Source: an uncultured Veillonellaceae bacterium
GTDB taxonomy: Bacteria; Bacillota; Negativicutes; JARBTT01
NCBI GenBank assembly: GCA_963805085.1
Contig: CAWDTA010000002.1
Span: 512,001 to 576,000 of the forward strand
Reading direction: 5' to 3'
DNA length: 64,000 bases
Shown piece after piece: positions 51,031 through 61,826 of this stretch (within the stretch, counting starts at the first letter, position 1; each line of letters begins with the position of its first letter). The position numbers and the translations under genes were made by a program. The notes below the pieces were generated by a model. It saw only the letters and a list, made by a program, of their open reading frames with translations, made no database searches and was not told the DNA's origin.

Positions 51031-52569
51031 TTACAATGGTATATTCCCATGCTTTTTAGCTGGACGAGTTTCACGTTTTGAGTCGAGCATATTGAGAGAT
51101 GTAATGATATACGTTCTAGTTTGCTGTGGTTCAATAATCACATCAACAAAACCACGTTCAGCTGCTTTATAAGGAGTAGCAAACTCTTTAATATACTCTG
51201 CTGTTTTTTCTGCTACTTGTGCATCGCCTCTAAAAATAATATTCGCTGCACCAGCAGGCCCCATTACTGCAATTTCAGCGCTAGGCCAAGCCAATACTTG
51301 ATCAGCACCAAGATCCTGAGAACACATTGCTAAATACGAACCACCGTAAGCTTTACGTAAAATCACCGTAATCTTTGGTACAGTGGCTTCCGAGTATGCA
51401 TAAAGCATTTTTGCCCCATGTCTGATGATCCCATTAAACTCTTGATCAGTCCCAGGAAGAAAACCAGGAACATCGACTAAATTAACGATAGAGATATGGA
51501 AAGCATCGCAAAATCGAATGAACCTAGCAGCTTTATCCGATGAATTAACATCTAGGCACCCTGCCATTACCTTAGGTTGATTTGCAATAATACCTACCGA
51601 TTTGCCATCAAATCGTGCAAAGCAGGTGATGATATTCTGTGCATAGTGTTCAAGAACTTCACAAAAATCTCCATTGTCGACGATAGATGCTATGACTGCT
51701 TTCATGTCGTAAGGTTGATCTGGGTTATCCGGAATCACTGTGATCAAACTTTCGTCCATACGATTGGCATCATCTGTAGTCTGCATCTGCGGTGCGCTAT
51801 CTAGGTTATTGCTTGGTAGAAAACTGAGGAGACTTCGAATCTGATTCAAACAGTCTTCTTCATTTTCAGCAGCAAAATGTGCTACGCCAGAAATACTGTT
51901 ATGAGCCATAGCCCCACCAAGTTCTTCAGCCGTAACATCTTCGCCTGTAACTGACTTAATCACTTGTGGTCCGGTAATAAACATCTGAGAAGTATTTTTC
52001 ACCATAAAGGTGAAGTCCGTAAGGGCCGGAGAATAAACCGCTCCACCAGCACATGGCCCCATGATTACTGAAATCTGTGGAATGACGCCGGATGCCAATG
52101 TATTTTGGAAAAAGATCTTTCCATAACCGGAAAGTGCATCTACCGCTTCTTGAATACGTGCACCACCAGAGTCATTAATACCAATAATAGGTGCCCCCAT
52201 TTTCATGGCAAGTTTCTGCACTTTGACTATTTTAGCGGCATGCATTTCGCCGAGGGACCCACCAACTACAGTGAAATCTTGGGCAAATACATACACCAAG
52301 CGACCGTCAACGGTACCATACCCTGCTACCACGCCTTCACCAGGAGCTTCTTGTTTTTCCATGCCAAAATTTGTACACCGGTGTGTTACAAAACGGTCAA
52401 GTTCCACGAATGTGTTGGTATCCAATAACTTTTCAATACGCTCACGCGCGGTCATTTTGCCTGAAGCATGTTGCTTTGCAACACGTTTAGCGCCACCACC
52501 TGCCGTGATTTTTTCACTTTTGCTTTGCATGTCTTGGATTTTTTCAAATGTCGTAGACAAGTATTCCAC
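51031..52569 (-). CDS. mmdA: Methylmalonyl-CoA decarboxylase alpha (carboxyltransferase) subunit
   Basis: GKMTARERI, DSGGARIQE, DVPGFLPG and KKHGNIPL. Confidence 0.93.
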   Translation of the reverse strand: MEYLSTTFEKIQDMQSKSEKITAGGGAKRVAKQHASGKMTARERIEKLLDTNTFVELDRFVTHRCTNFGMEKQEAPGEGVVAGYGTVDGRLVYVFAQDFTVVGGSLGEMHAAKIVKVQKLAMKMGAPIIGINDSGGARIQEAVDALSGYGKIFFQNTLASGVIPQISVIMGPCAGGAVYSPALTDFTFMVKNTSQMFITGPQVIKSVTGEDVTAEELGGAMAHNSISGVAHFAAENEEDCLNQIRSLLSFLPSNNLDSAPQMQTTDDANRMDESLITVIPDNPDQPYDMKAVIASIVDNGDFCEVLEHYAQNIITCFARFDGKSVGIIANQPKVMAGCLDVNSSDKAARFIRFCDAFHISIVNLVDVPGFLPGTDQEFNGIIRHGAKMLYAYSEATVPKITVILRKAYGGSYLAMCSQDLGADQVLAWPSAEIAVMGPAGAANIIFRGDAQVAEKTAEYIKEFATPYKAAERGFVDVIIEPQQTRTYIITSLNMLDSKRETRPAKKHGNIPL

Positions 52570-52925
52570 CTCCAGCTATCATTTTATCTGCCCTAATGCA
52601 AAATACCCTTTTTACGCCCGCCTCCTATCACTGATTTAATTTATTGATTGATTTAAAAATACACAATATATCGACATTTTACTAGTTTATGTAACTTCTA
52701 AAATAATTATGTAATTAAAGTAAGTGCCAAAAGACAACAAAAGCCGACATCATGGTCGGCTTTTGTTGTCTTTTTTATCGTCATACTGTAGCTATGTTAC
52801 TAAAGCTATTTTAACTTTATGACTTTAAGTAGCAAAGCAGTAACATATATGAGCTCTATTCATCATAAGTTTTAATAGAAAAGCTCAGTAAAAAATCATT
52901 ATATTCTTGAGGAGGTTGCAATATA

Positions 52926-53585
52926 ATGAACGATACACCATTCTATGCGTATAGTAACAAAAAGCTTATCGAAAAATTAGGCAAATTAAAAGACCGAAAC
53001 GTATTACTTCTTTTACTAGATGGTTCTGCTGCATTCGGGCGTATTGGGCGTATTGATGATTGGGTCGTTATCATCCTCCCTGCCCTAGATATCCCCGAGC
53101 TAAACTTTGTTCAATTTCATTCTACTCATCCGTCCCTTGTAGATCATTCTATTTTGACCAGTCAATTATTCATTGACTCTCGCAATGTTGCCCATGTCGT
53201 AGAAGGCCCGTTTACATTCTCTCCCCTTAGCTCTGCAACCATTCCTAATATCTCTAGTGATACAAATGATCAAATAGTAAAAGCAGCAGCAAGTACACCC
53301 ATTCCTGGACGTCAGTATTGTAAATTAGCTGAGGAACTAGAAGAACTAGAAAATCAAAATGCTGCAATCGTAACACTAGGTGGGTGGATCATTGGCGGAA
53401 AGACAGGAAAGACCGACCATGCTTTATCTTGCATCAAGCTAGGAGATGCCCTTTTGCCACCATTGGTTCTCCCTAATACAATAACCATCTTTGGCTCAGC
53501 ATTTCCACTAGAACTAAGGCTAACTTTAAGCACTGCTAAAGTCTGGAGTAATCTAAAAGCTTTAGCCCAAATCATAATACCTTAA
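52926..53585 (+). CDS. Hypothetical protein with two similar halves
   Basis: GAGGAGG RBS; KL.E.L..L..RN/QN recurs in both halves. Confidence 0.6.
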   Translation: MNDTPFYAYSNKKLIEKLGKLKDRNVLLLLLDGSAAFGRIGRIDDWVVIILPALDIPELNFVQFHSTHPSLVDHSILTSQLFIDSRNVAHVVEGPFTFSPLSSATIPNISSDTNDQIVKAAASTPIPGRQYCKLAEELEELENQNAAIVTLGGWIIGGKTGKTDHALSCIKLGDALLPPLVLPNTITIFGSAFPLELRLTLSTAKVWSNLKALAQIIIP

Positions 53586-53646
53586 CAAAAATGACCTTTG
53601 CATTTTGCCTTTAAGAATATAGAAAAACCGACCTTACGGTCGGTTT

Positions 53647-53797
53647 CAGGCTGTCGATAAAATAAAAATATTTACATTAATAAATAAAAACAATTTAAAT
53701 TCGTACCACTTATAAACTAGTACGAAGATAGGCTGCCGGTTTGCGAGAAGTTCTCAGATGCGTATTTATCGCCGACCCGCGGCCTGTCTGTCCATAG
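53647..53797. repeat. Dispersed non-coding repeat, copy 2 (internally deleted)
   Basis: Matches 7482-7710 without its central hairpin block; abuts the hairpin AAACCGACC-ttac-GGTCGGTTT. Confidence 0.75.
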
Positions 53798-53819
53798 GTT
53801 GAATATTTGAATAGCTTAA

Positions 53820-54524
53820 TCATAAATAACGCTGGATAAAATTATTCACAGAATCAATACAGCGATATTTATAAATAGGTCGCCCAACAGTTCCATAGAT
53901 AAGTTCCAATTTCAAAATGCCTATTTGCCGAAGAAATTCTAAATATTTACGCATAGATACACGAGAAACACCGATATATTTCGCCATTTCTTCTGTTGAA
54001 AAAAGACTTTTATCCAGCACCTTTATTTGTTCCCAGACTGCGGTCAACGTATTTCTATCAATGCCTTTTGGCAGTTGCGTAGTCAATGGCTGCTCCTTGT
54101 ACAACATACATTGATCAAGCTCCACTTGGCTTAGATTATCTTGTTCATCCATTAAATTTGCTAAGCCTTTATAAGTTAACAATGCTGTATTTAAGCGCTC
54201 AAATTCAAAGGGTTTAATGATATAATCTACAGCACCAAATTGCAAAGCTTTTTTAATACTTTGCCGATCACATGCCGCTGAAATGACGATAACATCAACA
54301 CCTTTTCCAACTTGTCTAAGTTGCACCAATAAGTCCAAACCAGTCATTCCAGGCATAAAGATATCCAGTAAAATTAGATCAATCTCAACCTTGTCCAATA
54401 GTTCAAATGCTTCATTAGACGAATGAACGATAGCTTCTATTTTAAAACCTTCCACCAATTCTACATAACGACGATTAATTTCCGCTACCATCGGGTCATC
54501 ATCTACAATCATAACGTTAATCAA
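53820..54524 (-). CDS. dcuR: CitB/DcuR-family response regulator
   Basis: VDDDPMV, LLDIFMP, KPF, LPKGID and SRVSMRKYL. Confidence 0.85.
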   Translation of the reverse strand: MINVMIVDDDPMVAEINRRYVELVEGFKIEAIVHSSNEAFELLDKVEIDLILLDIFMPGMTGLDLLVQLRQVGKGVDVIVISAACDRQSIKKALQFGAVDYIIKPFEFERLNTALLTYKGLANLMDEQDNLSQVELDQCMLYKEQPLTTQLPKGIDRNTLTAVWEQIKVLDKSLFSTEEMAKYIGVSRVSMRKYLEFLRQIGILKLELIYGTVGRPIYKYRCIDSVNNFIQRYL

Positions 54525-56157
54525 AATATTCCTCCTTGCTCCAATAGGGAATAATCACTCTAAATAACGCACCGTAACCTATCTCTGAAATAACCGCGAT
54601 TTGCCCACCCAATCGGTCTAAACTTCGCCCAATCAAATACAGACCCTGTCCCCGATTGGCGCCCTTCGTCGAATATCCTTTTGCAAAAATGGCAGTTTGC
54701 TCTTCCGCTTTAATTCCTTGTCCCGTATCACTTACCTCAATAGTCAAGATATCGTTTTCCCAAGAAAAATCGATCTTGATACACTTTGTCGTTGACCCTT
54801 TTATTGCATCTAGCGCATTATTGAGCAAATTCCCGATGATTGTAATTAATTCATGGACTACTTCAGGTTCCGCTGCCTCCGGTAAAAAACTTTCTTCAGA
54901 TACCGTCATCGTTACACCGACTTCTCTAGCTAAACTTAATTTTCCAAAAATAAATCCCGCTAATACAGGGTCTTTAATCTTCCTCACGACAGTGCCAACT
55001 TCAACCTGATAATTACTGGCAATTTGATTTACGTAGTGATTCAACCGATTGTAATATTCCATATGAACCATGCCTTGAATCACATGCAATTTATTCATAA
55101 ATTCATGGGTCTGTGCCCTTAACGCTTCCGCATAAATACTAACACCTACAACCTTTTCCGCCATATTCTTAAATTCCGTTTTATCACGGAAAGTAGCAAT
55201 CGCACCAACAATTTCACCACTCACAATGACGGGAACACGATTTGTTAAAATGATGATTCCATTAACATCCTGCTCTTGATCTAACTCAGATTCTCCTGTT
55301 TCTAAGACTCTTTGTAAGCGCGTATTTGGCACATACTCATCTACTTTTTTTCCCACAGGATTGTCGCGAATACCAGCTTGTCCAAATAGCCGAATAGCTT
55401 CCTCATTGACAATCGTCACCCTTGATTCTTTATCAACGGCCAAAATTCCTTCCCTGACTGAATGTAACATGGCACTACGTTCTTCAAATAATTTTGCAAT
55501 GGCAAAGGGCTCTAAGCCAAATAATATTTTCTTGATTTTCCGCGCCAATATCAAAGAACCCAGTATACCAACCAGCATTCCAACGCCAACGCCAACGTAG
55601 ATTCCGTCTCTACTATTGGCGACTTCTTCTTGTACGCTTTCTGTCATGATGCCAACAAGAACAACGCCAACTTGTCTGCCATCAGGCGCAAATACTGGTG
55701 AAACTGCCCGTAAAGAAGTACCTAGAGAGCCTTTGTTTACGGAAGTAGTTTCTTTGCCTTCAAAGGCAGGATTTATATCATCCTCTTCATAATATTGATC
55801 TATTTTTTCTGGATTCGGATGCGATTTTCGAATCCGATTCATATCCATAACGGTAATGAATCGAACTTCACTTACACTAATAATTTTTTCGGTAAATGCC
55901 TGAATCTCTTTTTCATCTCTTGTTCCGCTTAGAGCTTCTATAATCAATGGACTATTGGCAACGATACGAGCAATTTCAATCGCTTCCTCTGATGCATTTA
56001 ATTGTGCATGTTCAGAAATTTTATCATTAATAATAACATCTGCAACGAGTAAAGCCAGCGCAACCACAATGCAAGCAAATACTGCTATGATCGTCTGTAG
56101 ACTAAACGAAGTCTTCTCTTTTGGCACAGCACTTTCACCCTTCCACAACCTATCCAC
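54517..56157 (-). CDS. dcuS: CitA/DcuS-family sensor histidine kinase
   Basis: RKSHP sCache domain, PAS, LRAQTHEFMNKLH and GYSTKG; start codon uncertain. Confidence 0.85.
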   Translation of the reverse strand: MDRLWKGESAVPKEKTSFSLQTIIAVFACIVVALALLVADVIINDKISEHAQLNASEEAIEIARIVANSPLIIEALSGTRDEKEIQAFTEKIISVSEVRFITVMDMNRIRKSHPNPEKIDQYYEEDDINPAFEGKETTSVNKGSLGTSLRAVSPVFAPDGRQVGVVLVGIMTESVQEEVANSRDGIYVGVGVGMLVGILGSLILARKIKKILFGLEPFAIAKLFEERSAMLHSVREGILAVDKESRVTIVNEEAIRLFGQAGIRDNPVGKKVDEYVPNTRLQRVLETGESELDQEQDVNGIIILTNRVPVIVSGEIVGAIATFRDKTEFKNMAEKVVGVSIYAEALRAQTHEFMNKLHVIQGMVHMEYYNRLNHYVNQIASNYQVEVGTVVRKIKDPVLAGFIFGKLSLAREVGVTMTVSEESFLPEAAEPEVVHELITIIGNLLNNALDAIKGSTTKCIKIDFSWENDILTIEVSDTGQGIKAEEQTAIFAKGYSTKGANRGQGLYLIGRSLDRLGGQIAVISEIGYGALFRVIIPYWSKEEYFD

Positions 56158-56316
56158 TATTATTTTATTATTTCTACATACTTTGGTAATATCCTACAAA
56201 AATTCTACTATTCAATTATATTTACCTAAAAAGCGAGCTCTGTTTTGCTAGAATAGGATTTTTCTCATCCTAAGCAAAATAGAGCTCGCTTTACGTCTTC
56301 TGAATTAACATTTGAA

Positions 56317-56529
56317 TTACTTATTGCTTTTTAGCCATTGTATGAATTTCTTCAATTTGCCAGTATTTAAATCGTCGAACGCATGCGGAGCTATTTTGGT
56401 ATGAGGCACTCCACTAGGAATTACCTGCATTCCAAGTAATTCCCTTGCTCTACGTTCAACGCGCTGCGCTTTCTGTAAAATCAGTTTGTTCCAAATACCT
56501 TGTAAAAAAGCTTTCAGAAGGTCTCCCAT
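56317..56529 (-). CDS. Small hypothetical protein
   Basis: 70 aa with an AGGAGG RBS. Confidence 0.55.
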   Translation of the reverse strand: MGDLLKAFLQGIWNKLILQKAQRVERRARELLGMQVIPSGVPHTKIAPHAFDDLNTGKLKKFIQWLKSNK

Positions 56530-56786
56530 AATTCCACCTCCTTTGTGAATTGAGTAACTTAGTTAATTTCTAACCCGATACCATTTTTTCCTGCTTTTAT
56601 TTCGATTAAATATCTTTGGCTTTATCTAATATATTCAAGGTATCGCCAAATGTGCCTAATTTGCAAAAAAATAAACCTGTTCCGTTCCCCTCTTTATTTC
56701 AAATAAAATTTACAACAAAAATTTTACAGACATTATTATGCAAATAAAAAAGCTGTTACAAATCTCTTTGTAACAACTCTTTCATT

Positions 56787-59700
56787 CTATCTTTTATACT
56801 GTTTACACAACTCTGCTAGTTTCGTAGCAAGTTCACTACTAAATGCATTCATTGGCACGATCCATTGCCAGTTGTCACCGCCGACTGTTCCTGGTAAATT
56901 CATTCTCGATTTGCCATCTAAAGCAAGTAAATCTTGCATCGGAATGATCGCCGTGGAAGCATTGCTTGCATAAGCGTAGCGAATCAACTCCCAGCAGGCC
57001 TCAACGATACTGGCATTTTCCACTTGTAAAGCCTCACCAACGGCTTCAAGTGCTTCATCGGATAGATCATCTTGATACCAGCCAACTGTTGTGTTGTTAT
57101 CATGGGTTCCGGTATAAACCACACAATTTTGTTCACAACTAAATACTGCTTTGCCATTTTCATCTGGTAAAAGTTCAAACTGGAGCACTTTCATGCCCGG
57201 AAAAGAAAATTGATCCTTTAGGTCGCTAACTGCGTCAGTAATGATCCCCAAATCTTCTGCAATAATCGGTAATTTACCAAAATATTTTTCTAGTGTCTGA
57301 AAGAATTGTTCACCTGGGCCTTTGACCCATTTACCTTCCATCGCTGTTTTCGCCTTGCCATCAACTTCCCAATATGATTCAAAGCCACGAAAGTGATCCA
57401 CGCGAATCACATCAACCATTTCTAGTAGCGTAGTGAAACGATTACGCCACCACTGATAGTCATCTGCTTTCATCTTCTGCCAATCATAATGAGGATTGCC
57501 CCATAGTTGTCCTGTTTCGCTAAAGTAATCCGGTGGCACACCGGCAACTTTTGTAGCACTCCCCTGACTATCTAAGCAGAATAATTGTTGATTTGCCCAA
57601 ACATCGGCACTATCATGGGCAATGAAAATCGGCATATCACCAATAATTTTTATACCACGTTCATTGGCATATTGTCTAAGTGCCAGCCATTGCTTGAAGA
57701 AAGTATATTGTAAAAATTTCTGATAATTGATTTCATTAGCAAGAATTTTACGATATTTACTAAGTCCCGCTTCTTCATATTTGGCAATTTCCGCTGGCCA
57801 TTCATTCCAACTTAAGTCACCAAAATGTTTTTTTAGTGCCATAAATAACGTATAATCGTCCAACCAATGGCTTTGCTTTTGGCAAAAAACTTTATAGTCA
57901 TTGCTCATTGGGTGCGTGTTAAATTTTTTATAAGCAAGCTTTAAACATTTTTCCTTAAAATTCCACGTTTTAGCAAAATCAACCTTACCTGCCGCCAAAT
58001 CGTTTGGCGCTTTTGCCTCTCGTGGTGCAAGAAAAAAATCGGTTACCACTTTTCCCAGAGAAATAAGCATCGGATTTCCCGCAAAAGCCGAAGGCGATTG
58101 ATAGGGAGAATACCCATAACCTACTGGATTGAGTGGCAATATCTGCCACGAACCTTGCCCACTTTGTAGTAGGAAATTAACAAATTCATAAGCACCTTTC
58201 CCTAAATCACCAATACCATATTTAGAAGGTAGTGACGTTAGATGAAGTAATACCCCTGCACCACGATCCAGCTTCACTTCTACGGCTTGACGATATAGGA
58301 TCGTTTGCAGTGGTGCCAATTCAACCTCCACTTTACCCGCCCGAACCTTCACTTCTGGCGTATCACCAATCAAATCTTGTAAGCTTCCATGGCAGAGTCC
58401 ACGGACATCGACTGATACTTTTTGGTTTTGCGTTTTGCTACGATTAAAAATCACCAGAAAGGTTTCATCGGTCGCTGCTTGACCAAAAACATCTTGCCCC
58501 CCAGCAATTCTGCGCACATAGCCATAGACATCATCAAGTTCAATCACCGGCACGAATTCACCTGTTTTTAACGCTTGATGCTCATTTCTTAGAGCAATTA
58601 TCTTCTTATACCAGCTTTGAAGCGATTCATCTTCTTTGCCCCAAATGTATGACCCACGATTATGGGGATCCTTGAAGCCTTGCATCCCCGCTTCATCACC
58701 ATAGTATACACATGGCGTCCCTGGGAAAGTCATTTGCCATAGCGAGACTATTTTCAGTCTTGCTACCGCAAGTTGATATTGTTCTTTGCTTAAGTGATAT
58801 CGGGCTTGTTCAATGGCTGGTACACCCTCATAGTTCATGGCTTCCCCGAGTAAGGTAATCACCCGTTCAACATCATGACTGCCAACTAAGTTCATCATCG
58901 CATAAAAATTTTCTTTGGGATAATTTTCATACAAGTTCATAATTGCACAATTTGTATCTTGGGCATTACTAGACCCAAGCATAAATTTTAACATGATCGT
59001 ACGCAAGGGATAATTCATCGCCGAATCTATTTCTTGCCCGCATAAATACTCACGCTGTACTCCATAACTAACTTTATTCGAAGCGTCCTCCCATACCTCA
59101 CCGATAACGACTGCATCTTGGTCTACTTCCTTTAAGACTTTGTAAAACCTTTGAGAAAATTCTGGTGGAAGTTCGTCAATAACATCCAGCCGCCAACCGC
59201 TAATTCCTTGTTTTAGCCAAAATTTCAACACACTGTCATCATTATTAATAATAAAATCCATGTAAGACTTTGTTGTCTCTTTGACGTTTGGCAGAGAATG
59301 AAACCCCCACCAGCTATGATATTCATCGGGATAGTTGGTAAAATCATACCACTCGTAGTATGGCGAACTTATCGATTGATACGCACCGACACTGTCATAA
59401 TTTCCATAGCGATTGAAGTATTTACTATCGCTGCCCGTATGACTGAATACCCCATCTAGAATGATCCGAATTCCTTGCTTTTTTGCTTCCAGGCAAAGCA
59501 TTGCCACATCTTCATTCGTTCCGAGCATCGGATCAACCTTATGATAATCACCTGTATCATAACGATGATTGCTCTGAGCCTGAAAAATCGGGTTCAGGTA
59601 AACAACACTAATTCCTAGGTCTTTTAGGTAAGCCAATTTTGCCTTAATCCCAGCTATATTACCACCAAAGAAATCATAAGCAACAATCTCTTTGGTATCA

Positions 59701-60245
59701 ACATCTTTAAAATAACAAGGCGTATTCTCCCAACTAGACTGCACCACACAACCTTTTTTACTTGCTAATACTTTGCCATCCTCATTCCCACTGTAAAAAC
59801 GATCGGGGAAAATTTGATACATTACAGCATTTTTTAACCATTCCGGCGTTTTTGTTCCAGCTTGATAGACGGTGATCTGGAATGATGGTGGCTGCGATTG
59901 ATAGACCGCACCAATACCGCCGAGATTTCGTTCATTATTACCATAAAAAATTGTTTGCTGATCAGCAGTAATAATTACGAAATAATACCAAAGTAAGCCC
60001 CCATGTTCAGGCGTCGTAATGGTGCAGGAATATCGAAAGCCATCTTTTGTCTCATTTTCTTTGGTCATAGCAACCAAGGTTTCGCCAAGCTTATCTTGCC
60101 ATAGGCGAAGTTTTACTGCAGTAACACTATAATCAGCCCCAATATCTATACTTAAATTTACGTCACTATTCGTACAAGCTGCACCGAAAGGGCTACGGAA
60201 CATTTTACTATGCGAGTTATGTAAAATTTTATTGTTTGTAGGCAT
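56787..60245 (-). CDS. malQ: Fused GH13 (neopullulanase/amylopullulanase-like) and GH77 4-alpha-glucanotransferase
   Basis: N-half has YQIFPDRF, GWRLDV and GSHD; C-half has WQILPL, GVPPDYFS, RVDHFRGF and YTGTHDN. Confidence 0.92.
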   Translation of the reverse strand: MPTNNKILHNSHSKMFRSPFGAACTNSDVNLSIDIGADYSVTAVKLRLWQDKLGETLVAMTKENETKDGFRYSCTITTPEHGGLLWYYFVIITADQQTIFYGNNERNLGGIGAVYQSQPPSFQITVYQAGTKTPEWLKNAVMYQIFPDRFYSGNEDGKVLASKKGCVVQSSWENTPCYFKDVDTKEIVAYDFFGGNIAGIKAKLAYLKDLGISVVYLNPIFQAQSNHRYDTGDYHKVDPMLGTNEDVAMLCLEAKKQGIRIILDGVFSHTGSDSKYFNRYGNYDSVGAYQSISSPYYEWYDFTNYPDEYHSWWGFHSLPNVKETTKSYMDFIINNDDSVLKFWLKQGISGWRLDVIDELPPEFSQRFYKVLKEVDQDAVVIGEVWEDASNKVSYGVQREYLCGQEIDSAMNYPLRTIMLKFMLGSSNAQDTNCAIMNLYENYPKENFYAMMNLVGSHDVERVITLLGEAMNYEGVPAIEQARYHLSKEQYQLAVARLKIVSLWQMTFPGTPCVYYGDEAGMQGFKDPHNRGSYIWGKEDESLQSWYKKIIALRNEHQALKTGEFVPVIELDDVYGYVRRIAGGQDVFGQAATDETFLVIFNRSKTQNQKVSVDVRGLCHGSLQDLIGDTPEVKVRAGKVEVELAPLQTILYRQAVEVKLDRGAGVLLHLTSLPSKYGIGDLGKGAYEFVNFLLQSGQGSWQILPLNPVGYGYSPYQSPSAFAGNPMLISLGKVVTDFFLAPREAKAPNDLAAGKVDFAKTWNFKEKCLKLAYKKFNTHPMSNDYKVFCQKQSHWLDDYTLFMALKKHFGDLSWNEWPAEIAKYEEAGLSKYRKILANEINYQKFLQYTFFKQWLALRQYANERGIKIIGDMPIFIAHDSADVWANQQLFCLDSQGSATKVAGVPPDYFSETGQLWGNPHYDWQKMKADDYQWWRNRFTTLLEMVDVIRVDHFRGFESYWEVDGKAKTAMEGKWVKGPGEQFFQTLEKYFGKLPIIAEDLGIITDAVSDLKDQFSFPGMKVLQFELLPDENGKAVFSCEQNCVVYTGTHDNNTTVGWYQDDLSDEALEAVGEALQVENASIVEACWELIRYAYASNASTAIIPMQDLLALDGKSRMNLPGTVGGDNWQWIVPMNAFSSELATKLAELCKQYKR

Positions 60246-60358
60246 AATATCATCCTTTTATTTCAATAATAAGCATAATCATTAAGAAAAGCCTAGCTCA
60301 TCAGGCTAAGCTTTTTATGCTTAAACTTGATAATAAGCATTCTAAACTTAAGAGCAAG

Positions 60359-61807
60359 TTATTTTTTTAAGCGGTAATACAGTTCTTTATATTGTTTTGC
60401 TGATTGCGTCCAACTATAATCGCTATTCATTGCATTGATTACGACTTTTTCCCAAATAGAAGAATCTGAATAGTAGCCTAATGCCCGTTTGATTGAAAAT
60501 AAAACTTCATGCGCATTATAGTTGGCAAACGTAAAACCATTCCCAACTCTAGAATATTTATTATAGGAGTGTACCGTATCTTTTAGACCACCAGTTTCAC
60601 GCACTACTGGAATAGAACCATAGTGAAGGGCAATGAGTTGACCAATCCCACATGGTTCATATTGCGAAGGCATCAAAAAGATATCAGAAGCCGCATAAAT
60701 ACGGTGCGCTAAATCATTATTAAAGGTAATATTGGCAGACACTTTGGTCGGATAATGCCAAGCAAGCGTTCTAAATAAATCTTCATATTCTCGATCACCA
60801 GTACCTAAAACAACAAGTTGTACATCTTCATTTTGTACTAACTCATCAATAATATGTGCAATTAGGTCTAAGCCTTTTGCCGAAACAAGCCTTGCTACAA
60901 TTGCCAGCATTGGCACATCACGTCGAACTGGCAACCCAAGTTGCTGCTGTAGTTTGACTTTATTTTCAGCCTTTTTTTCTATTGTTGTCACATCATAATT
61001 TGCAAAAATTCGCTTATCCGTTTTTGGATCATAAATATCATAATCAATACCGTTTACAATCCCCTGTAAATATTGCCAACGATCACGAAGTAAACCATCC
61101 AAGCCTTCTCCATAGTATGGATACTGAATTTCTTTCGCATAGGTTTCACTTACTGTCGTAATATAGTCAGAATATACAATCGCGCCCTTCATAAAATTTA
61201 CACAATTGTCGCACTCTAGACCGCCCTCATTATAATGTTTCCAATCAAGACCAAGTACATCACTCATAATTTCTTTTCCGAAAACACCTTGATATTTTAA
61301 ATTATGAATGGTATAAATCGTGCGGATTTGCGAATACAACTCAGCTTGCCCATATTCTGCTTTTAAGAGAACACTTACAAGACCGGTATGCCAGTCATTA
61401 CAATGAATCACATCAGGGATAAAATCAATTTGCGGCAACATTTCGAGAACTGCACGGCAAAAGAAGGAAAAACGTTCCGCATCATCATCGTAACCATATA
61501 AAGCATCCCTGTTAAAATACTGCTCATTATCAATAAAGTAAGTTTTTACACCATTATATTCCAAGCATTCAACGCCACAAAATTGTTGACGCCAAGCTAC
61601 ATTGACAACTCCATCATAGATATGTTTCATTTTACTGGTATATTGTTCAGGAATGCTGCTATATTTTGGAATAACAACTCTCACATCAAGCCCCTGTACC
61701 TGTAACTCCTTAGGAAGTGAACCTGCAACGTCTGCCAGTCCACCTGTTTTAATAAATGGTACCGCTTCTGAAGCTACAAAAAGAACTTTTAACATTTTAC
61801 TACTCAC
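60359..61807 (-). CDS. glgA: Glycogen synthase
   Basis: KTGGLADV, HCNDWH and EPCGI motifs. Confidence 0.96.
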   Translation of the reverse strand: MSSKMLKVLFVASEAVPFIKTGGLADVAGSLPKELQVQGLDVRVVIPKYSSIPEQYTSKMKHIYDGVVNVAWRQQFCGVECLEYNGVKTYFIDNEQYFNRDALYGYDDDAERFSFFCRAVLEMLPQIDFIPDVIHCNDWHTGLVSVLLKAEYGQAELYSQIRTIYTIHNLKYQGVFGKEIMSDVLGLDWKHYNEGGLECDNCVNFMKGAIVYSDYITTVSETYAKEIQYPYYGEGLDGLLRDRWQYLQGIVNGIDYDIYDPKTDKRIFANYDVTTIEKKAENKVKLQQQLGLPVRRDVPMLAIVARLVSAKGLDLIAHIIDELVQNEDVQLVVLGTGDREYEDLFRTLAWHYPTKVSANITFNNDLAHRIYAASDIFLMPSQYEPCGIGQLIALHYGSIPVVRETGGLKDTVHSYNKYSRVGNGFTFANYNAHEVLFSIKRALGYYSDSSIWEKVVINAMNSDYSWTQSAKQYKELYYRLKK

Positions 61808-61826
61808 CCTACCTTTCTTATTCCAA

